Shown here: piece by piece, positions 49,277 to 57,480 of the stretch
Layout of the letters: the number at the start of each line of letters is the position of its first letter
Numbering within the stretch: the stretch's first letter is position 1
From: Nitrososphaerota archaeon
Lineage (GTDB): Archaea > Thermoproteota > Nitrososphaeria_A > Caldarchaeales > Calditenuaceae
Reading direction: 5' to 3'
Assembly: GCA_033581555.1 (NCBI GenBank)
Contig: JAVQSZ010000001.1
Coordinates: 128,001 to 192,000, forward strand
DNA: 64,000 nucleotides
Notes under the pieces: generated by a model
The model's input: only the letters and a program-made list of their open reading frames with translations
The model's database searches: none
Told to the model about the DNA's origin: nothing
Program-made: the position numbers and the translations under genes

Positions 49277-50676
49277 CCATGCGCCGGGCCGATCCGGAGG
49301 TCCTGGCAGAGGTCCTGAGGGCCGCCGAGGGGATTGCTGTCCCAACCCGCGATGAGGAGGAGAGACTGAGCTCGGTCGCGGAGAGGGTCCTCGGGGCCGT
49401 GAGGTCTTCCTTCTCCGGGGTCGAGGGTTACCTCGGGGCTTCGGTGGAGGGGTCGGCGGCTAAGGGCACCTGGGTAAGGTCGAGGCCCGAGGTCGACGTC
49501 TTCGTGATGTTTTCTCCCGAGATCCCGGGGGAGAGGCTCGAGGAGCTGGTCGTGACGCGCGGTATCGCCGCGCTCGAGTCTGTCGGGGCCTCGTGGAGGC
49601 TCAGGTACGCCGAGCACCCCTACGTCGAGGGCTTCCTCTCCGGCGTCGGTGTGAACGTGGTCGGGTGCTACGAGGTCGAGAGGGGGAGGTGGATAAGCGC
49701 GGTCGACAGGACCCCCTACCACACCGCGTACGTCTCCTCGAGGCTCGACGAGAGGCTCAGGAGGGAGGTGAGGCTCGCGAAGGCCTTCGCGATGGGGATC
49801 GGCGTCTACGGGGCCGAGATCAAGGTCGGGGGGTTCAGCGGGTACCTGATGGAGCTGCTGGTCCTGAGGTCCGGAGGTTTCATCGAGCTGCTCGAGGACG
49901 CCTCCCGTTGGAGGCCGCCGAAGGTGATCGAGATGACCGGCGAGCTGAGCGAGGAGAGGGCGCTCGTGCTCTTCCAGAACAGCCCGCTGATAGTCACGGA
50001 CCCCGTCGACCCCAGGAGGAACGTCGCGTCCGCGGTCACCCTTACAAAGCTCTCGGAATTCGTCCTCGCGGCGAAGCTCTTCCTCGCGAGGCCCTCGCTG
50101 GATTTCTTCGCACCTCCGAGACCTAGGCGCCCAGAGGCTTGGAGGGAGGTGATTGCGATCAGGTTCGACAGGCCGCAGGGCCTACCCGTCGACACGCTCT
50201 GGGGCGAGGCCCTGAAGTTCGCAAGGAGCGTCGCGTCGAGTCTCTCGAGGGAGGGCTTCGAGGTGAGGAGGTGGGCGGTGGAGGGCACGGAGGACTCGGT
50301 CCTCGTCCTCTTAGAGCTCGACCGCCTCGAGCTCCCGACCTTCGCGTTGAGGGAAGGGCCTCCGGTGTGGCTAGAGAACGCGCTCGACTTCGTCGAGAGG
50401 CACGCCTCGGACCCGCTCACGGCCGCAGGGCCCTGGGTCGACGGCGAGCGGCTCTACGTCCTCAAGAGGAGGGAGGCGAGGGGGGCGGTGGAGCTGACGA
50501 GGCGCTGGCTCGAGGGGAGGTCGGTCTCGGTCCCGAGGGACCTCGATGGTCCTCTGAGGAGGGCAGAGGTAGTCGCGCTGGACCGCGACGCCGCGAACAG
50601 GCTCGACTCGATGGGGTTCGGGCAGTTCATCGACTCCTTCCTCGACGGGAGGCCTCCGTTCCTCAGGGCGAGATGA
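49273..50676 (+). CDS. cca: Class I CCA-adding enzyme
   Basis: GSAAKGTW..EVDVF, YAEHPYV, SAVDRTPYH, GFSGYL, DPVDPRRNVA. Confidence 0.95.
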   Translation: MTMRRADPEVLAEVLRAAEGIAVPTRDEEERLSSVAERVLGAVRSSFSGVEGYLGASVEGSAAKGTWVRSRPEVDVFVMFSPEIPGERLEELVVTRGIAALESVGASWRLRYAEHPYVEGFLSGVGVNVVGCYEVERGRWISAVDRTPYHTAYVSSRLDERLRREVRLAKAFAMGIGVYGAEIKVGGFSGYLMELLVLRSGGFIELLEDASRWRPPKVIEMTGELSEERALVLFQNSPLIVTDPVDPRRNVASAVTLTKLSEFVLAAKLFLARPSLDFFAPPRPRRPEAWREVIAIRFDRPQGLPVDTLWGEALKFARSVASSLSREGFEVRRWAVEGTEDSVLVLLELDRLELPTFALREGPPVWLENALDFVERHASDPLTAAGPWVDGERLYVLKRREARGAVELTRRWLEGRSVSVPRDLDGPLRRAEVVALDRDAANRLDSMGFGQFIDSFLDGRPPFLRAR

Positions 50677-51407
50677 AGTGGAGGGCTCTGAGCCAGCTCA
50701 GCGAGGACGCCAGGTCGCTCTCCTACCCTCGAGGCAACGCCGGCTACGCGTCCCGGGTCGTCGCCGACCTCACGTCGCTGGGCGTCGAAGAGGTCGCGGT
50801 CTCCGACGAGGGAAGGCCCCTGATGCTAGGGAAGGGCTTCAGGAACGCGGTCTTCCTCGTGAGGAGGGGCGGAGAGGCCCTCGCGGCGAAGGTCAGGCGC
50901 GACGACTGGCCCCACGACGACGTCTGGAGGGAGGCGAGAGTCCACGGCGCTGCGAACGCGGTCGGAGTGGGTCCGCGGCTTCGAGGCTCCGCGGGCAGGG
51001 TTCTGCTCATGGAGGTCGTCGAGGGGACCAAGCTAGCCGACTGGCTGCCAGCAGCTGGCTGGGAGGAGGTCGTCGCGGTGCTCGGGTCCCTGTTGAGGCA
51101 GTGCAGGGCCCTAGACGCAGCTGGGATCGACCACGGCGAGCTCAGCGACCCCTCGAAGCACGTCGTGATAACCCGAGGGAGCTCGGTCGTGATCATCGAC
51201 TTCGGCTCGGCCCGGTTCGCACTGAGGCCGAAGAACGTTACCTCGATCGCGGGCTTCATCGCAAGGCGCCTCGCGAGGGACGCGCTCCTTCGGGCGGGGC
51301 TCAACCCATCGGTCGAGCCCGAGGTCCTGAGGAGGTACAAGCGGACGCTCTCCGAGGAGGACTTCCTCGCGGTCCTCAGGTCGATTGGTCTGGAGCGCGG
51401 GCGATGA
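50673..51407 (+). CDS. RIO/Bud32-like atypical Ser/Thr kinase
   Basis: LGKG, AAKVRR, GIDHGEL, IIDFGSA. Confidence 0.85.
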   Translation: MKWRALSQLSEDARSLSYPRGNAGYASRVVADLTSLGVEEVAVSDEGRPLMLGKGFRNAVFLVRRGGEALAAKVRRDDWPHDDVWREARVHGAANAVGVGPRLRGSAGRVLLMEVVEGTKLADWLPAAGWEEVVAVLGSLLRQCRALDAAGIDHGELSDPSKHVVITRGSSVVIIDFGSARFALRPKNVTSIAGFIARRLARDALLRAGLNPSVEPEVLRRYKRTLSEEDFLAVLRSIGLERGR

Positions 51408-51427
51408 TTTTTCGGGCGGTCCAGTGA

Positions 51428-52201
51428 TTGGACTACGGGTTGGTGAGGCTGGAGGAAGTCGTGGCCGGGCTCCCTCCCACCGTGAGGCTCTACCTCGATG
51501 ACTCGTACCTCAGGGAGGCGAGGGCGAGGGTGCTGAGATACGTCCCCGAGACGAAGTCCTCAGGATACGTCGTCCTCGACAGGACCGTGATGCACCCGAA
51601 GGGAGGAGGCCAGCCGACTGACACAGGGCGAATACAGGGTGAGGGCGCGGAGTTCGTCGTCAGGAAGGTCCTCGAGCTGGGCGACGTCGTCGTCCACTAC
51701 GGCAAGCTGGCCTCGGGTTCCGGGCTCGAGGGCGAGGTCACGGTGGAGCTGGACTGGGAGCAGAGGTACTCGGTGATGAGGCACCACACCGCGGGCCACG
51801 TCCTCGACTACGCGGTCCTGGAGGTCCTTGGGGAGGAGGGGCTGACGTCGGCCTCGGCGTTCCACGGTCCACCGGAGAGCTACATCGAGTTCGAGGGACC
51901 CCCGAGGCAGATGGACCTGAGGGCCCTCGAGGAGGTGGCGAACGAAGTCGTGAGGCAGGACAGGCGGGTCTTCCCGGTTTACGTCGGGCCCGAGAGGCTG
52001 AGGGAGGTGGTCATGGGCGCGTTCAACCTGAACAGGCTGCCGAGGGCCGAGAGGTACAGGGTGGTCGTGATAGAGGGCGTCAACGCGATCCCTTGCGGCG
52101 GAACCCACGTCTCGAGGACCTCCGAGGTCGGGAGGGTGAGGGTGACGGGCCTCGAGCCCTCGCAGGTCGGGTTCAAGCTCCTCTACAGGGTCGAGACTTG
52201 A
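51428..52201 (+). CDS. alaX: AlaX trans-editing protein (Ser/Gly-tRNAAla deacylase)
   Basis: LYLDDSY, HPKGGGQPTDTG, MRHHTAGH, PCGGTHV. Confidence 0.92.
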   Translation: MDYGLVRLEEVVAGLPPTVRLYLDDSYLREARARVLRYVPETKSSGYVVLDRTVMHPKGGGQPTDTGRIQGEGAEFVVRKVLELGDVVVHYGKLASGSGLEGEVTVELDWEQRYSVMRHHTAGHVLDYAVLEVLGEEGLTSASAFHGPPESYIEFEGPPRQMDLRALEEVANEVVRQDRRVFPVYVGPERLREVVMGAFNLNRLPRAERYRVVVIEGVNAIPCGGTHVSRTSEVGRVRVTGLEPSQVGFKLLYRVET

Positions 52202-53811
52202 CCGAGCCCGACCGGACGTTTGGAACCTTCGCCAGGGTCTGCGGCATCCTCGAGTCCACCCCATCTAGGTCCGAGAAGGTGAGGATAGCGGCCCAGTACC
52301 TGAAGTCCTTGGACCCGGACGACGCCGCGGTCGCGGCCATGCTGATAATCGGGAGGACAGTTAGGGAGAGGGAGAGGGACCTCGCGGCCATAGGCTGGAG
52401 CGCGCTGAGCTCGGCCCTCAGGTCAGTGGGACAGAGCGTCCTCCTGGAACACAGGCCCTTGACGGTCTCGGAGGTCTGGTCGACGCTCGAGGGGCTAAAG
52501 GCCCACACTGGTCCCGGCTCGAGAGAGAAGAAGGTCAGGGTCCTCTCTGCGCTCCTCAGCAGGTGCGACGAGCTCGAGAGGGAGTGGCTCCTCAGGATCC
52601 TCTCAGGCGAGATGAGGCACGGAGTCAGCCACGGCCTGATGCTAGAGGTGGCCTCGAGGCTCTCCTCCACCGACCTCGAGGAGGTGACGATCGCGGACAT
52701 GCTGTTGGGCGACGTCGGCGAGTTGGTCCGTAGGGCGCTCACGGGGACGCTCAAGGAGGTGGGGCTCGAGCCGATGAGGCCGGTCAGGCCGATGCTGGCG
52801 GAGATGGCATATGACCCTTCAGAGATCCTCGCAGCCCACGGGGGGAGGACGCTCGTCGAGCCGAAGATGGACGGCGTCAGGGTCCAGGTCCACCGGAGGT
52901 CAGGGGAGGTGAGGGTCTTCACGAGGAGGCTAAAGGACGTCACCCACGCGCTCCCGGAGGTCGTCGAGGAGGTCTCCGGGTCGGTGAGGTGGGACGAGTT
53001 CATCCTCGACGGCGAGGTCGTCGCGATCGACGAGTGGGGAAACCCGCTGCCCTTCCAGGAGACGATGAGGAGGGTCGGGAGGGAGAGGAGCGTGGAGGAG
53101 GTGGCGCCGCTCGTGCCGGTCAGGCTCTGGGTCTTCGACGTGATCTTCGCGGACGGCCGCCCGACGATAACTCGGCCGCTCTCGGAGAGGAGGAGGGCCC
53201 TCGAGTCCGCGGTCGACCCCGAGCTCCTCACGCCTGCCAGGATCTGTGCGACGAAGGCCGATGTCGAGGAGGCCCTCGAAGAGGCCCTGAGGAAGGGGCA
53301 CGAAGGGGTGATCGCGAAGGACCCCGAGAGCAGGTACTACCCCGGAAGGAGGGGCGCGAGGTGGCTGAAGCTGAAGCCCTCGGAGACGCTGGACGTGGTG
53401 ATCGTGGCCGCGGAGTGGGGCCACGGCAGGAGGTCCGGATGGCTCTCCAACTACCACCTGGCCGTGAGGGACGAATCCAGGGGAGGATACGCGGTCGTCG
53501 GGAAGACCTTCAAGGGCCTCACCGACGAGGAGTTCGAGCGGATGACGAGGAGGCTCCTCGAGCTCAGGACCTCCGAACATCCCTGGGGGGTTGAGGTGCG
53601 GCCCGAGGTGGTCGTCGAGGTCGCCTTCAACGAGGTCCAGCGGAGCCCCAGGTACGAGTCAGGCTACGCCCTCAGGTTCGCGAGGGTCGTCAGAGTGAGG
53701 GACGACAAGAGCCCCGAGGAGGTCTCGACGCTCTCCGAAGTCGCGGACGTCTACCGCAGGCAGTTCCTGGGCAAGGGGAGGCTTGACCTGAGTCGCCTGC
53801 CGTCCGATTGA
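52198..53811 (+). CDS. Second ATP-dependent DNA ligase (LigB-like)
   Basis: RPMLAE, EPKMDGVRVQ, EGVIAK, WLKLKP, WGHGRRSGWLSNYHL, GKTFKGLTD, ALRFAR. Confidence 0.93.
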   Translation: MTEPDRTFGTFARVCGILESTPSRSEKVRIAAQYLKSLDPDDAAVAAMLIIGRTVRERERDLAAIGWSALSSALRSVGQSVLLEHRPLTVSEVWSTLEGLKAHTGPGSREKKVRVLSALLSRCDELEREWLLRILSGEMRHGVSHGLMLEVASRLSSTDLEEVTIADMLLGDVGELVRRALTGTLKEVGLEPMRPVRPMLAEMAYDPSEILAAHGGRTLVEPKMDGVRVQVHRRSGEVRVFTRRLKDVTHALPEVVEEVSGSVRWDEFILDGEVVAIDEWGNPLPFQETMRRVGRERSVEEVAPLVPVRLWVFDVIFADGRPTITRPLSERRRALESAVDPELLTPARICATKADVEEALEEALRKGHEGVIAKDPESRYYPGRRGARWLKLKPSETLDVVIVAAEWGHGRRSGWLSNYHLAVRDESRGGYAVVGKTFKGLTDEEFERMTRRLLELRTSEHPWGVEVRPEVVVEVAFNEVQRSPRYESGYALRFARVVRVRDDKSPEEVSTLSEVADVYRRQFLGKGRLDLSRLPSD

Positions 53812-53843
53812 GTCGAGCCCATCCCGAAGGGCTCCCGTTCGCT

Positions 53844-54692
53844 TCAGAGCCTGATCGACGCCAGGAGCGCGATCGAGACCGTCGCGAGCCATGGCGAGGA
53901 GGCCTTGAACGACCTCCACGCGAGCTGCGGGTCCGGACTCCTGAGGAGCCTCAGGCTGTAGAGCGCGAAGGGTGCGGTGAGAGGCAGGGAGGCGAGCACG
54001 TAGACGGTCGGCGACGGGACGACGAGCGCCCCAGCGGCCCAGACCGGCAGCGCGGAGAGGTTCGAGAGCGCGGTTATCCTCGAGGCCCTCTCGACTCCGA
54101 CCCTCACCGGGAGCATCGGGAGCCCCGCGGCCCTGTACTCCTCGACGCCCCTTATCGCGAGAGCCCAGAAATGACCCGGGGTCCAGAGGAAGACCAGGAC
54201 GGCCAGCAGGACAGCCGGCAGGCCTATCTCGCCTGTGGCTGCGGCCCAACCGGCCAGCGGAGGGAAGCTCCCTGCGACTCCTCCTATCACCACGTTCCAG
54301 ACCGTCCTCCTCTTCAGGAGCAAAGTGTAAACGACGACGTAGAACAGCATGCCCGAAGCGATGAACAGCGTCGCGAGCGGGTTCAGGGCGAGCCAGGAGA
54401 GGGCGAGCGAGGCGGTCGAGCTTACAAGCCCCAAGACCAGCGCCGCCCTTCTGGAGACCCTTCCTGAAGGGAGCGGCCTCCGCGAAGTCCTCCTCATCCT
54501 CGAGTCCAGGTCAACATCGAGGTAGTTGTTCAGCGCCGTAGACCCGCCTGCTGCGAGGTAGCCGGCTGCGGAGAGTGCGACCGCACCGAGAGAGCCTCCT
54601 CCTGCTGCGAAGTAGCAGACTAGGGCCGTGAGAACGTTCAAGAGGGCGATCTTAGGCTTGGTCAGCGAGACGTAGTCTCTCAGGCTAGCCAT
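53844..54692 (-). CDS. cyoE: Protoheme IX farnesyltransferase (heme O synthase)
   Basis: LTKPKI, NNYLDVDLDSRMRRTSRRPLPSG, FLWTPGHFWALA, EYRAAGLPMLP. Confidence 0.95.
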   Translation of the reverse strand: MASLRDYVSLTKPKIALLNVLTALVCYFAAGGGSLGAVALSAAGYLAAGGSTALNNYLDVDLDSRMRRTSRRPLPSGRVSRRAALVLGLVSSTASLALSWLALNPLATLFIASGMLFYVVVYTLLLKRRTVWNVVIGGVAGSFPPLAGWAAATGEIGLPAVLLAVLVFLWTPGHFWALAIRGVEEYRAAGLPMLPVRVGVERASRITALSNLSALPVWAAGALVVPSPTVYVLASLPLTAPFALYSLRLLRSPDPQLAWRSFKASSPWLATVSIALLASIRL

Positions 54693-54830
54693 TCGTCGGC
54701 GTCCTACCTGCTGCGGTATTAAAACCGGACCCGTCAACGCGTCCCGTTCGGTTAGCTCGGAGAGGCGGCCCGCGCGTCCGATCCACACGGTGCGAGCAGC
54801 GCCCGACGGCCCACGGAATTCTGCCCCGAT

Positions 54831-55457
54831 TCAGCCCTCTTCCGGCACGCCCTCGTCCGTCCGCCGAGGAGCCTCGGGGGAGCTGAGCGAGGCTATCGCC
54901 CTCATGAGCTCCTGCCTGTCGACCTCGACCTTCGACCTCCACCCCACGACCAAGGCGTCGTCCTCGGTCCTGACGAGGTATCCGCGCCTCACCAACCTCT
55001 CCAGGACGCTCTCGACCCTCCACTTCTGGTACTTGGCTTCGAGGAGCTCTACGACCTGCTTGTAGGGCGCCCTCTCGTTGTTCGCGAAGAGATATGCCAG
55101 CGTCACCGCGAGGATCGCGACCTCGTCGATCGAGTAGCCCATCGTCCCGAGGTCGTAGAGCGAGAGCGGCTCCGCGACGACGACGTAGTACCTGACCCTG
55201 TCTGGGTCATCGGCTCCCTCCTCCGGCACGGCCCTGACCTTCAAGCCCACCCTCCTGAGCCTCGCGTCCGCGGCCTCCAGCACCCTCTGGTAGTTCCTCC
55301 CGAGCCTCCTCCTCAGCTCCCACCCCCTTACGCCGGGCTGCCTGTGCCCCGCGGTCAGCATCATCGCGACCGCTAAGGCGACCTTCCTCTCCAGCTTCGT
55401 GAGCTCCGGCGACTCCTCTGGCCTAACCTGCGGCTCCGACTCCAAGCCGACCCCCAC
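54831..55457 (-). CDS. Tandem winged-helix protein, Nse1/MksE kite-like (inferred)
   Basis: Two wH-like units; C-terminal VLERLVRRGYL...LVVGWRSKVEVD. Confidence 0.55.
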   Translation of the reverse strand: MGVGLESEPQVRPEESPELTKLERKVALAVAMMLTAGHRQPGVRGWELRRRLGRNYQRVLEAADARLRRVGLKVRAVPEEGADDPDRVRYYVVVAEPLSLYDLGTMGYSIDEVAILAVTLAYLFANNERAPYKQVVELLEAKYQKWRVESVLERLVRRGYLVRTEDDALVVGWRSKVEVDRQELMRAIASLSSPEAPRRTDEGVPEEG

Positions 55458-55579
55458 GATTTCCGGTCGTCATTAAGCGTTTGCCCACTTTGAAGGTCCC
55501 CCACGCCCGGATGAGTTCGCCAGAGCGGTCCGAGCCTCCTGAATTCCGGCTCGTAAGACGTGAATCGATGACTCGAACT

Positions 55580-55715
55580 CATACAACAACGAGCCGGTGA
55601 TTGATATAACGACGTGATTATACAATTTCGTGTTACCTAGAAGGCGTTGAACTATCGGTCTTCTATTATACAATTGTATGCAGATGTAAACTACGCAAAA
55701 CGGTTAATATTGAAG
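55580..55715. promoter_or_regulatory. AT-rich promoter region with repeat and palindrome upstream of the molybdoenzyme operon
   Basis: ATTATACAATT at 55617-55627 and 55665-55675; perfect palindrome ATACAATTGTAT at 55668-55679. Confidence 0.5.
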
Positions 55716-55735
55716 GGAATGACACCTTAAAGGCG

Positions 55736-56374
55736 ATGACGGCGACGCGCCGGGAATTCCTAGCCGCGGTCGCCTCGACCGTAGCGTTGAGCGTCACTCC
55801 ACCTGGACCGGCACCGAAGAGGACCGGGAAGAGGTACGCGATGTTGATCGACGTGGAGAAGTGCTTCGGGTGTATGGCCTGCGTTGTCGCCTGCGCAGCA
55901 GAGAACAACGTCCCCCTAGGGGTATTCAGGACATGGATAGAGCAGCTGGAGAAGCCCGACGGGACGAGGCTCTTCATCCCGAAGCAGTGTAACCACTGCG
56001 ACGACCCGCCCTGCGTGCCTCCCTGCCCGACGCACGCTACTTATGTGACGCCCGACGGGCTCGTTCTGGTCAACGACGAGCTCTGCATCAGCTGCGGCGC
56101 CTGCATCGAGGCCTGCCCTTACGGCGCGCGCTACAGGAACCCGGTCAAGGGAGTGGCTGACAAGTGCACGTTCTGCGAGCACAGGATCGCGGAGGGCCTC
56201 CTCCCCGCCTGCGTGGACGCCTGCCCGACCGGCGCGAGGGTATTCGGTCCGTTGACCGAGGACAACGAGCTCTCGAGGACCGTGAGGAGCAGGCCGACTC
56301 AGGTCCTGAAGCCGCACACCGGCGCCGAGCCGATGATCTTCTACCTTAGCCTCCCTGATGAGGTGAACAGGTGA
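55736..56374 (+). CDS. ttrB: 4Fe-4S electron-transfer subunit (TtrB-like) with Tat signal
   Basis: TRREFL; CFGCMAC, CNHCDDPPCVPPCP, CISCGACIEACP, KCTFC. Confidence 0.88.
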   Translation: MTATRREFLAAVASTVALSVTPPGPAPKRTGKRYAMLIDVEKCFGCMACVVACAAENNVPLGVFRTWIEQLEKPDGTRLFIPKQCNHCDDPPCVPPCPTHATYVTPDGLVLVNDELCISCGACIEACPYGARYRNPVKGVADKCTFCEHRIAEGLLPACVDACPTGARVFGPLTEDNELSRTVRSRPTQVLKPHTGAEPMIFYLSLPDEVNR

Positions 56375-57480
56375 TGGTCGTCGAGTACTTCTACCCGAAC
56401 GAGGCGGCACAGCCTCTGCTCTGGCGTCCGGTGCTCTTCGCCTACACGCTGCTGATCTCCGGAGCCGACCTCTTGATCCTCGCGGCGGTCGCCCACCTGT
56501 TGGGAGTGCTGAGGAGGGCGATACCTCTCCTGACGACCCTGGGGTTGGCATTCTTCGCGATCGTCCTGCTCGGGCCGCTGGCGGACCTCGGCGTCCCTCA
56601 CAGGGCTCCGTTGATCTTCCTGACCCCGCACGTAGCACCTACGGCCTCCGTGCCCGGCGTCTCGCTGATCGCCCTCCAGTCCGTCCTCTGGGTGGTCGGA
56701 GTAGTGCTCGCGGCCGTCTTCGCGCTGCTGATCTTCTCCTATCCGTCCTACATCGCGTCCACGACCTCGGCCGGCATACAGAGGGCGATCCACAGGGCCC
56801 TCTCGCTCAACGTGAACAGCGAGGAGAAGTACAGCTCGGTCCTGAGGGCCGCCAAGGTCGTGGGTGCCGTCATGCTCTTCCCGATGGTGATGTGGGGGAT
56901 CTACCCGGCGACGCTCCTCGTCATCCAGACCTGGAACCCGATCTGGAGGAACTGGACGCTCCTCCCGGTCATCTACTTCGTAGAGACGTTCTGCGTCGCC
57001 ACCGCGAGCTTCCTCCTCTTCTACTACGCGATGAACTGGCGTTCGGTCGACCGGGAGGTCCTCGAGCCGATGCTGAGGATCCACGGCGCGAGCTCCGTCT
57101 CCGTGGCAGGACTGATAGGCCTCCAGATGGCGGTCTGGGACATGTGGTCTCCCTCGGTCTCCGCGATGGTCTCGCACATCGTCCCGATCCTTTACCTCGT
57201 GATTGCGCTGATGCTGGTGAGCTTCGCGGTCTCCTTCGTGGCCGTGAAGTTCCCGGCCGCCACCCTCGCCGTCTCGCTCGTCACGTTCGCGGGCACCTTC
57301 GCAAACAAGTGGAACATACTGATCAACGCCCAGACCATATCCAAGACGGGACTGGCCTACTTCGAGCCCCACCTCCACGGCCCGTGGGTCTTGGAGACAG
57401 CGGCCCCGATAGCCGCGGGCGTCCTGCTCTTCGTCGTCCTCTCATCGATCTTCCCCTTGGAGGTGAGGGGGAGTGGTTAG
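56371..57480 (+). CDS. ttrC: NrfD/TtrC-type membrane anchor subunit
   Basis: Polytopic; GPLADLGVPHRA motif. Confidence 0.8.
   Translation: MMVVEYFYPNEAAQPLLWRPVLFAYTLLISGADLLILAAVAHLLGVLRRAIPLLTTLGLAFFAIVLLGPLADLGVPHRAPLIFLTPHVAPTASVPGVSLIALQSVLWVVGVVLAAVFALLIFSYPSYIASTTSAGIQRAIHRALSLNVNSEEKYSSVLRAAKVVGAVMLFPMVMWGIYPATLLVIQTWNPIWRNWTLLPVIYFVETFCVATASFLLFYYAMNWRSVDREVLEPMLRIHGASSVSVAGLIGLQMAVWDMWSPSVSAMVSHIVPILYLVIALMLVSFAVSFVAVKFPAATLAVSLVTFAGTFANKWNILINAQTISKTGLAYFEPHLHGPWVLETAAPIAAGVLLFVVLSSIFPLEVRGSG

Noticed and set aside
55570-55578. GACTCGAAC matching the tRNA-Ala T-arm as a possible att site for the Ttr operon
   Set aside because: Only 9 bp, does not include the tRNA 3' end, and no integrase is present; chance match likely
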